This document shows positions 35,399-48,726 of a DNA stretch of 64,000 nucleotides, one piece after another; positions within the stretch are counted from its first letter, which is position 1, and every line of letters begins with the position of its first letter. Position numbers and translations under genes: made by a program. The notes beneath the pieces were generated by a model, which searched no databases, was not told where the DNA came from, and worked only from the letters and a program-made list of their open reading frames with translations. The stretch lies in the NCBI GenBank assembly GCA_000002445.1, contig CM000207.1:32001-96000 (forward strand). Direction: 5' to 3'. The stretch is from Trypanosoma brucei (taxonomy: Eukaryota).

Positions 35399-36382
35399 GG
35401 TGATAATGTTTAAAACAAAATGGAAATGTAAAATAAAAGTACCCAAAGCGATGACAAGGGTGCTATGGAGTCGCTAAGTGGTGTAGTGCCTAAGAGTAAG
35501 ACAAAGAGAGATGGAGTATGCTCAGTTTCATACATAAATATAATGCTGCAATCACTATCATACAGAAGGACATGAGGGAGGGGACAATAAGGAAGAGGAA
35601 GAGTGTTCCGTACAGGCCAAATTTGTTTGCTATACTACAGGCAGAAGCGGTGACAGGAGAAAGAAAAGAATGGAGAATACCGAATGAAACAAACAACCCC
35701 CGAACAGCACAGCACATAATATGGTGATACATTAGAGGGAGGTGATGCCAATATTTGACACGTCTATTTCTGAGTGAAGCGGTTGCGGAGATATTTTTGG
35801 GGCAGCAGTGAGTTTTATCTGATGGTGGAAACGTATGCCAAGTGGTGAGAGCAGAGTGTTGCAAATAGTAGTGTGTCTAGTATTTTTCAGGGGGCCCACA
35901 TGTGGCCAAAAGGGTATAGAGGCAGAAGGAAAAGGAAGGTGTTTTTTCGTACTTCATAAGGAACAGGGCATCATTGACGGAGTAGCGTAAAGTAAACCCA
36001 GAGTCTGTGGATCCTTGACGACGGTCTACAACCCAAACTGATATTTTCCATCAAATTCTTGGAAAAAACGTCTGTGCAATAAACGGATAGGACTCTAAAC
36101 AATGCCGAGAAGGCGGCACCGAATAAAGTCTGGACACGATATACGGCCGCCCCAAAAGACAACGCGGTATGTTATACCACTTTCAGCATTACATCGAAAA
36201 TTAGTAGGTAAAAAACAGCCACAACGGCGCCAATCGAGCAAGAAGTCACACACTCCGCCCCAGCGCCGCGAGGCCAAAAAAAATAAGATACTACCCCGCA
36301 ACAGTTGTCACCACAATCTCCGAACTTTGCCCCTTTCCTTAATGTAGTGGAGGAAAAGCTGTTGCAGGCACCGTTCCTGGCG

Positions 36383-37935
36383 ATGAACAAACAGGCCACG
36401 GGCCGAATAGGACTAGCAGCGCTTTTTTTGCTACTGTGCGCTAGCTTCGAACCAGTAGGGGCAGCTGAACCGACGGCGCCAGACAACGCCGAAGCCTACG
36501 CAACGATCTGCGCGCTCGTGGCCATAGTGAAAACGCCTTACAGCGGCCCCAAAGACGACATAACCGACAGCGACATAATAGATGTCATAGCAGCGGTGAA
36601 CCTTACCGCAGGCGGCCAAAACGTAACAGCAGCGGCGATAGAAGGACTCGAAAAGGAGTATGTGCAACTAGATGAATCGAACAGCGCCAAACAGGCATGC
36701 ACCCAACAAGCGTGGGGCTTCTGCAAAAAAGGCGCAAAATACAGCAAAAATAATAACGGTAACGAGGTGTTACTAAAGTTGGCGAACCGGAAACTCAAGA
36801 AAGAAACAACTAATCAACTTCACAGACTAGCACGCGAAGCAGTACTTTTAGAAGACGACATAGCCAACACAAACGTTTCAAAAGACGTCCAAACGGTCGG
36901 AAAAAACTAAAAGAGGCTTTAATCGGAAACGAACCAACAGATTCAGTTGCTAAAACCATTCCGCTCGGCAAAACAAGGGCCGGAACTTGTAGAAGCCCGG
37001 CCGGCACGGAAACAGACAACATTGCCGGAGCGAGCCTCAAACAGGATGTGATGTGCCTTTGCGGCATGCATACAGGAGACACCGAAGGTGGTCTTAAAGT
37101 GTACGCCAAACTTGACAACAACCCGGCCGTGGCGCTCACAGCAGGCACTGACGCTCAAACAGACTGGGTGAAATTCCGGGACCACTGTGACAGGATATCA
37201 AACACAATGCATTTAACGAGAGAAACAATAAACACGGTACTGCAGAACTTTATCAAGTTAATATCTCAACCACAAACAACCAATTTCGACAAAGCCTTTT
37301 TTCTGGGGAAAATCAACGGCACCGGCAACACAGGGTGCGACGGCGACGGCACGTCCAACAACAATGGTCGCTGCGTCCAATACAAAAAGGCATATACGAA
37401 AGCAGCCGGAACAACGATACCTTAGATGATAGCCCTCAGAGAGGCGGCAGAAGCTATGGATAGTATCCAGAAAAAGGCGAACCGTCGCCATACCATAAGC
37501 ATGCGACTGAGGAGCTTAAAGCAAGCTCTACATACACTGGCGGCCGACCCCGATGAAACAACCGCTACACAGTCTGCAACAAAACCGCACAAAACAGCGC
37601 CCAGCGCCAAAGCTTGCAGGCAGCACACCACAAATGAAACCTGCACAGAAAATAACTGCAAATGGGATGGAAATACTGAGGACAAAGGCACATGCAAAGT
37701 AGATGAAAGTAAAGATGAAACTCAGAACAATACAGGAGGAGCAGGAGGAGAAGCAGGAGAAAAAACAACGGGGTGTGCAGCGCACTTCAATGATAAAAAC
37801 GCTTGTGAGAAAATGAATGAAGGGAAGGAGAAACATGTATGTGCGTGTAAGAAAGACGGTGAAGGTGACAAGGATAAGGACGAGCTTAGGTGCCAAAATG
37901 GTAGTGTTCTCGTAAATAAAAAATGGCTCTGATAG
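36383..37935 (+). pseudogene. VSG pseudogene (signal peptide MNKQATGRIGLAALFLLLCASF). It has frameshifts and a truncated GPI signal
   Basis: ORFs 36305..36910, 37048..37425 and 37426..37932. C-domain [28 protein letters not shown]...LRCQNGSVLVNKKWL* stops inside the GPI signal. Conserved 8/9-mer TTGCTACTT at 38011 and 16-mer TGATATGCTTTAACAC at 38030. Confidence 0.75.
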
Positions 37936-38029
37936 CTTCTTACTTTATGTATTTGGTAGAATTCTATTATTATAAACTTTTTTTTTCAGTTTCGTGAAAT
38001 TTATGAAACTTTGCTACTTTGAGATAATT

Positions 38030-38045
38030 TGATATGCTTTAACAC
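38030..38045 (+). promoter_or_regulatory. VSG 3'UTR 16-mer element (TGATATGCTTTAACAC), with the upstream 8/9-mer TTGCTACTT at 38011-38019
   Basis: 14/16 match to the 16-mer. The paired upstream GCTACTT motif lies in ...ATGAAACTTTGCTACTTTGAG, and the spacing is typical of VSG 3'UTRs. Confidence 0.7.
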
Positions 38046-38219
38046 TTTTTGTTAAAATTTGCAAATTAGTAAAACTTTTGAGAGTATGAAAATAATAAAT
38101 GTTAGTATGATAATGGCCTATGAGTGTAAATTAATAGTGTAAAAGAGTATGAAAAATGGGTGCTGTTCTAATTTGGTTTATTTGGATATTTTTAAAATTG
38201 ATTTGTATTTGTTGTGTTT

Positions 38220-38296
38220 ATAGTAGTATAGTAACAGTAATGATAATGGTAATAAGAGAGTGTTGTGAGTGTGTATATACGAATATTATAGTAAGG
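38220..38296. repeat. 70-bp repeat, 1 unit
   Basis: AATGATAATGGTAATAAGAGAGTGTTGTGAGTGTGTATATACGAATATTATAGTAAGG. Confidence 0.85.
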
Positions 38297-38986
38297 GCGG
38301 CGGGAAAGAATCGAAAGGCAAAGTAGGAGCAGTAAAAACATTGCCAAGGATACAACGATAATGAGTGAGAAAGTGAGTAAGTGAAGCACATGGAATATGC
38401 GCAGTTTCAAACACAAGCACGACGACGGTCACAATCATGCACATAACGAGATGATGCAGAGGACAATGAGAGAAAATGTGTGTCTATTGTACAGAAAAAT
38501 AAAGTATTTATGTTATCCACAGCGATAAAAGCATTGGAGAAAGAAAAAGAAAAGAAAATGCGGAATTAAGCGATAGAAAATGCCAAATTAAAAAACAGAG
38601 GCATATGATACCTCAGGAGGATAAGCGGTCGATGGTTCTCCGTATTTCAATCACATCAATAAATAGCTTCTACTTCAGGGAGAGGTTACTGTGGTTTTCG
38701 ATGTGATAGAGACTTCTGATGTTGATATTTAACAAAAGGGTGCAGCAATGCGTACGGTGCATATTGTATTTCCGTTTTGTTGTGGCATATAGAGGATGGA
38801 GGGAAAAGTTAATAGTTGAGGAGTGGAGGTGAAATGGAATTGCATAAGAAATTGCTTTCAAAATATCACACGCCTTCTGTAACAAGTAAGCTACTTTCAC
38901 CACAACAGGTAGACACCGGACCACCGATAAGCAAAGCAAGCAGTTATTTTTTTGCGGATAAGCAAGTAGAGACAGAGTCAACCGGA

Positions 38987-40530
38987 ATGGCAAATGTACT
39001 GATGGCGGCTGCAATAGCACTACTCTCGCTGTTCAATATACGGGCACAAGCCGATACGGCCGCAGGTGCGAATTCGCTACTATTCGACGCTCTGTATGCT
39101 GTGTTACAACTAGAAAAAGGGGCCATTGACGATATATCTATAACCTCCCACTGGGAAGCAGCGCACCACGACATCCTCGACGTGAACATGAGCCTTGGCG
39201 GCAGGGAGTGGGTAAATCAATTCACAGAAAAACCAGGTAAGGCCAAACCATGGTCAGTTACGGAAGAGCCGCGAAGTCACATAGCCACTGGAAAGTTCAC
39301 TGGGATGCGTGGTCCAAAAGCGCAGCGAGGATAACACAAGAAAAAACAGGTGGGTCTGTGCTAGACAACGTAACAGCCCTTAAGCTAACAGGAAACCAGC
39401 TTAAAATAGCAAAAACGGAGGTAAGCGCGGCATTGAAACAAGCAGCGACAATAATAGCCGATATCAAAACAGCGGAGCAAGAGGCGCGCAGCGGCGCAAA
39501 GGAAGCCGTAAAAAAGAGCTGGAAGAAGCCATATACGGTCCGTCAAAAGACAGAGCCGACTTTACAGAAGCCGACCGAACATCGACAACACGCAACACTG
39601 ACACCTTTTGCAACAGCGGCGCGAAAACGTCGACTGAACAAGCGATCGCAGATATCATGATATGCGCGTGTACACCAAACACCAGTACAGCACCGCAGGG
39701 CGCACAGAGCGTATGTGTAGAAGCCACGGGGGCTAACCCAACAGACAAGACTCAACCGCTCCAAAGCGTCGGAGAGGTGAAGGACCAATTCGACAAACTA
39801 ATAGCCCACTGCCATATCAACACCAACACAAAAACAACAGAAGAGTCATTAAATGCGGCTCTGAACACCCTCGTCCAGCACATAAAAATACACCAAGGCT
39901 CAGCATACCTCGGATCTACCGAAAGAGCGACAGCATGCGACGGCAAAAACAACGGCGGTGTGTGCATCAAGCTAGCAGGCTACACAGCCGGCGGAACAAA
40001 GGGGATTGCAGGAGTACCGTGGGCAGTTCAAATCAAGCAGGCAACTATGGCGCTCGCTCAACGGCGAAGGGCAGCAAGTACCATTAAGCAACTAACACTA
40101 ACTATAAAAACCCTGGCAGAGAAAACGAAAACAATACCTCAAACGACAAGCCTATTACCAGAGCAATCAGCTCAGGCACCCAGCGGCACAGCACCAACCA
40201 ATACCGGCCGTGCCAAGCAATCCGAACAAATCGAAACGGAATGCAACAAAATAGAAGAACAAGAAAAGTGTGACCATACTCCAGGCTGCCACTATGACAA
40301 AACCAAAGAAGGCAAAAGGTGCACCTTAACAAAGGAAGCCAAAGAAACTGCAGAAAAAGTAAACCAAGAAACAGGAGTGAAAGATGGGAAAACTGAATTA
40401 AAGTGCTCAGGGAAGAAAAGGGATGACTGAAAATCTCCGGATTGCAAGTAGGAAGGTGAAACTTGCAAAGATTCCAGTTTTCTTGTAATTAATAAAATTG
40501 GCTCTGATGCCTGCTTCTCCTGTAAGTTTG
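38987..40530 (+). pseudogene. VSG pseudogene (signal peptide MANVLMAAAIALLSLFNIRAQA) with frameshifts
   Basis: ORFs 38816..39334, 39250..39660 and 39657..40430. C-domain ...CDHTPGCHYDKTKEGKRCTLTKEAKE...[26 protein letters not shown]. 16-mer TGATGTATTTTAACAC at 40606. Confidence 0.75.
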
Positions 40531-40605
40531 GTGACATTGCAGTACTTTAAGGATTTTCGCTCATTTTTATGAAATTTATGAAAATGTGCTTAATTTAGTA
40601 AAATT

Positions 40606-40621
40606 TGATGTATTTTAACAC
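40606..40621 (+). promoter_or_regulatory. VSG 3'UTR 16-mer element (TGATGTATTTTAACAC)
   Basis: 15/16 match, downstream of the VSG at 38987-40530. Confidence 0.7.
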
Positions 40622-40779
40622 TTTTTGGCGATAATGCACAGAATAGTGAAAATGTAAAATTATGAAAAATTGTTGTATGAAAGTAACCCGTGTGTAAAGT
40701 AGTAAGATTATAGGTATGAAAAATGGGTGTTATACTGATTTTTTTGGTTTATTTTATGAATATTAGTTAGGGTTAAAAT

Positions 40780-40858
40780 GCTAATAATAATAACAGAAGT
40801 AATAATAATGATAATAATAGGAGAGTGTTGTAAGTGTGTGTATACTAATATTAGAGAA
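40780..40858. repeat. 70-bp repeat, 1 unit
   Basis: AATAATAATAACAGAAGTAATAATAATGATAATAATAGGAGAGTGTTGTAAGTGTGTGTATACTAATATTAGAG. Confidence 0.85.
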
Positions 40859-41754
40859 AAGTTATTATTGTGTATAAAAAATACATGGAAAATTTTGATG
40901 CATTAAAATCATTGGCAATGGTAAAATGGAAATAAATGAGGGGATAGTTAATGAGAGAAATATTGACCACAAAGAACCTTATTATGAAAAAGCGAAAAGA
41001 AAAGAGGAACAGCGAGCAGACGGAACGTTGGAGTTTGAAACACAAATATAACGATGGGCATCACTTTGGACGAGAAGCTGATTGAGGTGACTATGATGGA
41101 GAAACAAAACACAGTATACAGGAGAAAAGAAGTCACAACGGTATATACAGTGAAAAAAGCTGTGGACAAAGGAGCCGGGCTGAAAAAAAGAGCGACACTG
41201 CAACAGTAACAACAAGAGATAATGTTTTTTTATGCTTTTCAATCTAATGGTGGATCCCCATATGAAGTGGTAGGAACAGGATGCAGCATGTTTATGAATC
41301 ACTGGGGGTTACGAGCCGTATTAGAAACTCTCCACTCATATAATGAAAGATGTAAATGCTATTTTTTGTAAGTTGGAGAAGCAATGAGAATTATGCTAAC
41401 ACGCACCGCAAAGGCGGAAAGCGGGGGTAGCTGCACTGACCGATATTTCTTTCAACATCAGGGCAGCCGCAGCCTTCAAGATGACGTAGTACATCTCTTT
41501 AACAAATAAAAGTGGTGCCGATCACGACACCAAACAACGAGTAACTTGGATAGGATCCGTTAGCTGTTACGATATTGCAGAAGCGTTACCAAGAAGGGGC
41601 AAACGAGCACTTTGACACGGCGGCCTTGGACCTTTCTATAAATTTGCTATGCCAATAAGTTTCTAATAGGAGTACTTAAACGCATTTTTAAACGTTCTTC
41701 TGGTTGGGAAAAAAAAGAGAGTAGCCAGCTTTAACCAAAATACTACGGACTGCT

Positions 41755-43330
41755 ATGTATTCGAAAAGCATATACCTCAGGATAGCACTTTTTGTTACAG
41801 CGACGCCTATTCCTGTAGCAGTCCACGCAGCAAAGAAACATGGACTGCTAAAAACGGTGTGGGAACTTCTCTGCAGCCTAACTGACAAACTGAACACCAA
41901 AAAAACCGGAGTACTAGATTTCGACAATATCCTGGCCGGACAGAAGGAATTAAGAGATGCGACCGCGCTGACGGCGATTTTCCTGCCAAAAAAGCCGAAC
42001 GCATCCGAAGGCCAAGGAGATAGCGGCCCTACTAGCATATTACAGCGTAAAAGCGGCAAGAGCAGCCACGGTGTACAAAGCTAGTGTAGTCAAAAAGTAA
42101 ATAAACACAGTGCGCGTAGCCACTTACCTGAAAGAGCACATCAGCGAGTACCCAAACCTCCTAGAAGGAGCAATGGGAACCAAAAATGCGTGTCTACTCG
42201 AAACCGATGCGAACTCTGCGTCAGCGGCGAAATCGCTCGGCAACCTTGGCCTATACAACTGCAATACCAAACTAACCTCCCTCGAGGCTGCCGCCGCAAC
42301 AAACAATTTTTTAGATATCACCGGTTTCAAAGGTATTGTGTTCGCCGTGGTAGGCGACAGAAGCGGCTCGCACACACCAGCTTCTGACACAAACAAGTGC
42401 AATCTACTGGTCGCGCATTCCACAAGCGCTTTCACGGACGGAGGGCAGGGCGCGACAGCCGCAATAGAGATCATGGGTGGCTACCTATCTTTAGCAACCA
42501 GCGACACTGAGCCAACAATGCGCAACAAAGAGAAGCTAGAAAGCGGAGATGAAGGAAAAGCGAAAGCGTGGGCAGAAGAAGCTGCAAATCAAAAATCGCT
42601 GCCAGCAAGCACAGATGACAAATTCACAAATGAGACAGCCAAACTATCGGAACGCCAAACGTTGACAGAAATAATTAAAAGCGCTTTGTTATGCAATAGA
42701 GATGCAGTCAAGGCAGCTGTCAACGCATAAGTAAAAGAAGCATTCGGTGATGACGCCCCAACAGCAGACAAAGACCTAAACGACCTAGTAGATGCAGCAA
42801 GCATCCCCAGTGGCGTCGCAGGTCGCACAACCGCAGCAAAGCTCGGTACGATAAAGCAAAGCGATGAACTAACCAAACTCGTTAGCTATTATGAGCTGCA
42901 AGCCGCAATTAAATTCGTCAGCCTTAACAAGGAACTTTACGAATCAAAAAAGGAAAAGATACTAAAGCAGCAGAAGATAAATGCAATACAATTAATGACG
43001 CAGCAGAATGCAACAACAAGCCTTACTGTAGTTATAACACAACAGAAACCGACAGCAATGAAAAATGCCAATTTAATGAATCAAAAGCCACAGAAAATGC
43101 TGTCCCTATAACACAACCTCAAACAGGAGGAACGCTTACTGTTAACTGTGCCGGCCATAATGACAGAGTAACTTGTGAAAAAGAAAATATTGGAAAATCT
43201 AGCTCTTTTGTGGATGGATAAAGTGTAAAAATGAAAACCCTGATCAAGATGAAGAAATGTGTCGAAATGGTAGTTTTCTCGTCAATAAGAAATTGACTCT
43301 GAGTGTGGGTGCTGCTTTTCTTGTGATTCC
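41755..43330 (+). pseudogene. VSG pseudogene (signal peptide MYSKSIYLRIALFVTATPIPVAVHAA). The C-terminal half is heavily degraded
   Basis: ORFs 41755..42084 and 42110..42730. After 42730 there are many stops, but a VSG-like C-terminus and GPI signal (RNGSFLVNKKLTLSVGAAFLV) are recognisable. 16-mer TGATATATTGTAACAC at 43405. Confidence 0.7.
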
Positions 43331-43404
43331 TTAGCATTCTAGCATTCTAAGGAATTTAAGGATATTTACTCAATTATATGAAACTTTATGAAATTAGTAA
43401 ACTT

Positions 43405-43420
43405 TGATATATTGTAACAC
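43405..43420 (+). promoter_or_regulatory. VSG 3'UTR 16-mer element (TGATATATTGTAACAC)
   Basis: 15/16 match, downstream of the VSG at 41755-43330. Confidence 0.7.
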
Positions 43421-43594
43421 ATTTTGAAAGAAATATTAAAATCGAACTGTTTAAAACTAAAAAATGTGAAAAGGTTGGTTAAAAATTTGTGACAGTGACC
43501 TATGAGCGTAAAGAAGTAAAGTTTCAGGGAATGAAAAGGGAGTGACATTTTTTAAATTTCATAATTTGTCTATTTTGTTAATTTTATGAGTAGC

Positions 43595-43745
43595 AGTAAA
43601 AATGATAGGAGTAAGTTGTTGGTGTGTGTATACGAATATTATAGTAAGAGCAGTAATTATAGTAATAGTGACTAGAATGTTAATAATAATGATAATAATA
43701 GAAGTATGTTGTGAGTGCATATATGCTAATATTATAATAAGAGTG
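43595..43745. repeat. 70-bp repeat, 2 units
   Basis: ...GGAGTAAGTTGTTGGTGTGTGTATACGAATATTATAGTAAGAG...AATAATAATGATAATAATAGAAGTATGTTGTGAGTGCATATATGCTAATATTATAATAAGAG. Confidence 0.85.
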
Positions 43746-45038
43746 TTGAGACCTAAATAAGGAATCAAAATAGAAGTAGGTAAAGCAATGTAAAGTGTGG
43801 GATTGGAGTAACTGCTGGAGATAGTTGGAGATGTAATATGTGCAACTTCAAACACATGACGATACGTACAATTATACACAAGGAAATGTTGAAGAGGGCG
43901 ATAATGAAGAAATAAAGTGCCAAGTGTACGAGCCTACACGTCGGTATTTTATCCGAAGAACCGGTTGAATATGTTTAATAACGAAAATTACGGAATGCAA
44001 CCGTAGAATAGTATAGATTAGAGAGTATATTGTGATATAATACAAGAGGAGGAGGAGATTGCTCTACATATTTCGCACAGGAATGAACAGGATCAACACT
44101 GTAGATGACTTAGCTGAAGTTTTTAATGCGAATACAGCAACCGTTAATAACCTATAACTTCTAATAGAATCTACTTATAGAGTATTGAAGTCTATTCTAT
44201 GGAAGTAGCGATAGACAGCGATAAGAAATGTGGGGGAAGGGTAGGTAGTTTTGATTATATTTCTGAGATTGTAATCCAAAGCGTAAATAAGCGTAAGTTA
44301 ATTAGAGATCAAAAGGTCTTCAAACTGGAGGCTGCCGCCAAACATTATTTCCCTAACAATACCAATGATGGCAGAGCAAAGCCATGCGCCCAATAAGAAA
44401 TATCAAATAACAGTTTCGAGATCAAAGAGTAAAGAATAAAACAGAAATGTAGTGATTCAATTTTTGAAATTGTCTCTACCAAAGCAACCATCAGAAGCCA
44501 CTTCCATAGATCGAATTGCAATAGCAGCTAATTCAACTCTATTTTTTTTAAATTTTCTTCGTGCCTTCGTGGGAGTTTCCCCCACTGGCGCGGCCATCAA
44601 CCATCACCGTAGAGCCCTGAGATGCTATCGGTCTGGCGACTGTGGTAGAGTCTCCCTTTTTTATTCAGCCTAACACACCCTTTATAATTTTTGTTGTAGT
44701 TCCGCATATGAACGGAATACAGCAGATGGGGCGAGAAGCCTCCCACTCCGGACTCTCCCAAAGATGTCAATTAGCAATCCTTTTGTTTTGATTTTTGTTA
44801 TTCGTTTATTATTCTCTTCTCCCTCTTTCTGTTTCTGTTGCTTGTTGATTGCATACCCCCTTTGTCTGTGAGGGTGTCTGGACTATTCCTGCATCCGGTG
44901 CTTTTCCTGCTGGCTCCACACTCGGCAATAAGGGGGGAAGTTGCAGAAGGGAGAGTGGGTTGTATGACTGTTACATTAGGTGAGGACTTCACCTGCGGCC
45001 GGCTCCGTTCAACCGCAATGAGAAACTGCGCCAGCCTT

Positions 45039-46640
45039 TTAGAGAAACATACATCCTGAACACTCCCCTTCTACCGCAAACCTGACATGTAACTCCTTCA
45101 AACCGGGGCAGCTCATCAAGTGCAGCGACGTTTCTTCGCAGTCGCCGCGTTGGCTGGTAACAGCGCGCTCTACCTCCATACCGTGCATCTTCTTTTGATG
45201 TAGGGTGAGGCCAGTTTTGCTAGCACACTTCCTTCCGCATGTCGGGCACACCAACATGGATGTGTTTGTATGCGAGGAATCAGTGGCACACAATTTTGTG
45301 CTTTTGCTGCATTTAAGCTCGGCTCCCTCACCTTTGTGGAAAGCCTTACAGTGTCGGATGAGGGAGTCCCTGCAACTGAGCACTTTTTGGCACACACCAC
45401 ACTGCACCTCTCCTCTCCCCGGGACGTCAACGTTTCCCTCACGGGCACGCTTACGAGGGAATTGCACCAACACCACGGTACCTTCCTCCGTCACTATGCT
45501 TTTATGTTTGAATTTCTTGTGTAGTGACAGGGAAGAACGCGTACCGAAGCTCGCCTCACACAGGTCACATTGAAACGGCAGCTTCCGTGTATCCTGAGAG
45601 GCTGGCACTGCTGGGACGCTACCATCTCCTTGCACTGAGTCCTCGTTCTCTCGCCCCCTTTTCACGCGGCAACTACCGCTACCTATGCCATGTATTGTTC
45701 TAAGGTGGTGTAATAGTCGGCCTTGCACTGCGAATTTGGAGGCACAGAGGGTACAATGAAGCAACTGCGGTCTCATCGGGACTCGTGTGTTCGATGGTAG
45801 AGGAACGATCGCCACCACTGGAGGGGGCTCCGGGGGGATATCCACTGCAGGTGTTGCATCGCCGTATTTGATCCTCCGGAGGGCATCAGCTCGCACAAAG
45901 CCATGTTTGTTTACCATGTGCGTTACAGCACTCGAGCGGCATTGGTATGCGGCATCACATTCCGTACATTTTGTCGGTTCGGAGGTTCTCTGAAGAGTGC
46001 GTGTCGCAACAGGTGGGGCCTTTTGTATTGTTGGTCCTATCGGTGCATGTTTCTGGTTGCACCATCGGCACTGTGGAGGCACAATCGGGTTGATCTTTCG
46101 CAACATCCATCCATAGTGTCTTAAAGACACAACCCGAAAGCGTGCCAGTGCCGTTTCTTCTTCCCTCGTCAGTTCTTCTTTATGTTTTGTTGGAAAGTGG
46201 TTGCCCGTGATACCAAACCTATGAGTGTTCTCATGGACTTCTTCCGACCTAAGCACTCGCTTCGCATAAGCAATGATGTTGGGGATCCATGTGTCTCGCA
46301 ACTGTGGTAAATCTGCGGCCTTTTTCGCCATTTTATCACAAACCTCATTCCGTTTCACGCTACAATGGCCAAGCACAAATTGCAGTCGGATACGCAACTT
46401 CCTTCTCTGAACTTGAAGCAGAAGCCTCCATAGTCGTCTCAGAATTGGGTCCGTTACGGTAGGGGGCCTGTCTGTAGTGCTGTTAACATTGACAGCGAGT
46501 AAGAGAAGATGGACAACCTGCTCGGTGTGCTTCTGTATGCCAGAAACCATTTCAGCAGCCGTTGCAGTCCTATCTCTAATGCTACGCATTCCGCTCTGTA
46601 ACTGCATGAGAGTTCCCCTGCTCCGGTCTTGGGTGCACAA
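45039..46640 (-). CDS. ingi (copy 2) ORF fragment, C2H2 zinc-finger C-terminal region
   Basis: 533-aa ORF, near-identical to the C-terminal part of 14192..16318. ORF 46454..47044 carries the RNase H-like part in a different frame. Confidence 0.75.
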   Translation of the reverse strand: MCTQDRSRGTLMQLQSGMRSIRDRTATAAEMVSGIQKHTEQVVHLLLLAVNVNSTTDRPPTVTDPILRRLWRLLLQVQRRKLRIRLQFVLGHCSVKRNEVCDKMAKKAADLPQLRDTWIPNIIAYAKRVLRSEEVHENTHRFGITGNHFPTKHKEELTREEETALARFRVVSLRHYGWMLRKINPIVPPQCRWCNQKHAPIGPTIQKAPPVATRTLQRTSEPTKCTECDAAYQCRSSAVTHMVNKHGFVRADALRRIKYGDATPAVDIPPEPPPVVAIVPLPSNTRVPMRPQLLHCTLCASKFAVQGRLLHHLRTIHGIGSGSCRVKRGRENEDSVQGDGSVPAVPASQDTRKLPFQCDLCEASFGTRSSLSLHKKFKHKSIVTEEGTVVLVQFPRKRAREGNVDVPGRGEVQCGVCQKVLSCRDSLIRHCKAFHKGEGAELKCSKSTKLCATDSSHTNTSMLVCPTCGRKCASKTGLTLHQKKMHGMEVERAVTSQRGDCEETSLHLMSCPGLKELHVRFAVEGECSGCMFL

Positions 46641-47526
46641 ATCAGCGTGTTGTTTCTATGGAGCATGGCAGCTGCTCCGGACTTCTCACCGAGGGCCACG
46701 GATCCATCAGTCCACAATTCGTAGTGCTCTCGTCGCGATGGCTCCTTCCCCCTCCGTGCAAAATGCCGTACAAACCATTTTTTGGAAGCCTCCCTTTTAA
46801 CATCGTCAGGGTCATCAGCGCACACAGGCTTTACCTGCGTGTGAAATAGCGGTCGGCAGCTGTGGCGGAGCGTCGATGTCTCTAGTGGGTGCTCGCGTGG
46901 CTCAATGTGGAGGTGGGGGTAGGACCGCATGATGCGGGAATGTAGGGCTCTGACTGGGTGTTTGCTGTGGTATACTTCCTCAGCACTGTGCCGCAAACAT
47001 CCGCCTCGTGACTCACACATCAGCATGAATTTCATACTGCCCACAAGAGTGGCCGTCTTGAGTGGCAGGAGGTTTTCTTCCAGCAGAGAGTCCTCTTTGC
47101 GCGTCCCATGCGGTATGCCAGCTATGATTCGACTGGCTTTGTGTTGTGCTGCTGCAAGGAGGTCGCGACTTCGTTTCGAAGCGTCTCAGTACCATACCTC
47201 ACTGCCATACATGGGGTGTGCCTCTACGAGTGCTAGATAAAAAGCTCTCAGTACTTGTCGTCTTGGCCCCCATGTAGAAGTTGAGATGGCTGCTATCTGC
47301 AGTAGTCGGAAGTCCATCTTGCGTCTCGTTTCGGCCGCATGTGTTGCCATCCCTTGCAGACACTGGAATGTTACTCCTAGAAGCTTCGGTGTCCTGTCAG
47401 CTCCTATTCTTTCGCCGTTCAGTTGTAATGTAAGGGAGTGGCGCTCTATACACCCGAAGAGTGTGCACTTTGTTTTCGCTACGTTGACATACATGAAGTA
47501 CTCTTTTGACCACTGTAACACCACGT

Positions 47527-48726
47527 TTAGGCCGCATTGTAGCGTGAGTTGATGACATCCCTCTCTGTGTGCCTCGCAAGTAGCGTCAGGTCGTCTGCAA
47601 AGAATCCGTGCTGCAGCAACGGCACTTCTGCAAGGAACTGGCTCAACGAGTTCATGACAATAATGAACATGATTGGGCCAAGGACAGTTCCTTGTGGCAC
47701 TCCTCGCTCAAATGTTCTGCTTCTGGAAAGCTTCTCCTTGAATCTCACTCTTCCAGTTCGGTTACTCAGAAATGATACGCACCACTTCACAATGTGGGGT
47801 GATACCTTCATTCTGTGCAATTCTCTCACAATTTTGTCGTGTTCTACTGTATCGAATGCCTTCTCGTAGTCGACGAATACAGCACCCGTACGAGATTGGT
47901 GCGTGGGACGGCAGAGGGAAGCGCGGACGTGCAGGAGTTGTTCCAGCGTTGAGCATCCGGGGCGAAAGCCTGATTGCTGCGGCGTCAGCTGGGACTCAAC
48001 AGTGTCTCTAAGTCTCGCGGCAATTATGCGCTCTATGACTTTGTAGAGACAGCTCGTGAGCGTCACAGGCCTGTAAGAATCGAGGTCCTCCGCCTTTTTT
48101 CCGGCCTTCAGGATGGGGATGATAACACCGGTCTTCCATGTAGGCGGCACGACTCCCGTTCGTAGGCTCTCATTGAATAGCATCAGAACAACATTCAGCG
48201 CTGCTCTACCGAGATGTTGCAGTGCCTCGTTGTATAAGCAATCAGGTCCGGCTGCGGATCCACTCGGTAGCAGTTTGATCGATCTCCGTAGTTCAGCCAT
48301 CGTGATGGGACTGAACTCACTCGCTATTGTCTTTATGGGTGCCGGTGGGTGTGAGTCGATGTGCCTTCTTTCTCGGGACGAGTACAGTTTACTGAACCTC
48401 TCAGCTTGACGGTAGTCCGTGATGGCCACGTAATCTACAAGTACAGCCGGTGTGGTTAGTGGTCGTGGCGCATATACCTTCTTGACAATGTGCCAACTGC
48501 AGCGGTCTGACACCGCAAGTCTGGAGCATAGCGTGCTCCATCTCTTCTTTGTGGTACGGTCCAGGATCTGCTTACGCGTGACTACCAACTTTTCCCTTCG
48601 GTGGGATGTTCCGCATCCAGCGATCTCTTCATCGAGTTTCGCGAGCTCGGGTGTCCAATGTGGTGGCGTTGCTCTGCAGCCACGGGGGACGGAGACCTTC
48701 GTCGCAATGAGGATGGCGGAGCTCAA
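47527..48726 (-). CDS. ingi (copy 2) ORF fragment, reverse transcriptase domain
   Basis: 399-aa ORF, about 98% identical to 16811..18001. Confidence 0.8.
   Translation of the reverse strand: MSSAILIATKVSVPRGCRATPPHWTPELAKLDEEIAGCGTSHRREKLVVTRKQILDRTTKKRWSTLCSRLAVSDRCSWHIVKKVYAPRPLTTPAVLVDYVAITDYRQAERFSKLYSSRERRHIDSHPPAPIKTIASEFSPITMAELRRSIKLLPSGSAAGPDCLYNEALQHLGRAALNVVLMLFNESLRTGVVPPTWKTGVIIPILKAGKKAEDLDSYRPVTLTSCLYKVIERIIAARLRDTVESQLTPQQSGFRPGCSTLEQLLHVRASLCRPTHQSRTGAVFVDYEKAFDTVEHDKIVRELHRMKVSPHIVKWCVSFLSNRTGRVRFKEKLSRSRTFERGVPQGTVLGPIMFIIVMNSLSQFLAEVPLLQHGFFADDLTLLARHTERDVINSRYNAA

Noticed and set aside
36102..36347. Arg/Lys-rich ORF 36102..36347 (MPRRRHRIKSGHDIRPPQK...) upstream of a VSG
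   Set aside because: It is short, of low complexity, and overlaps the VSG upstream region. It has no homologous copy elsewhere in the window, so it is probably a chance ORF.
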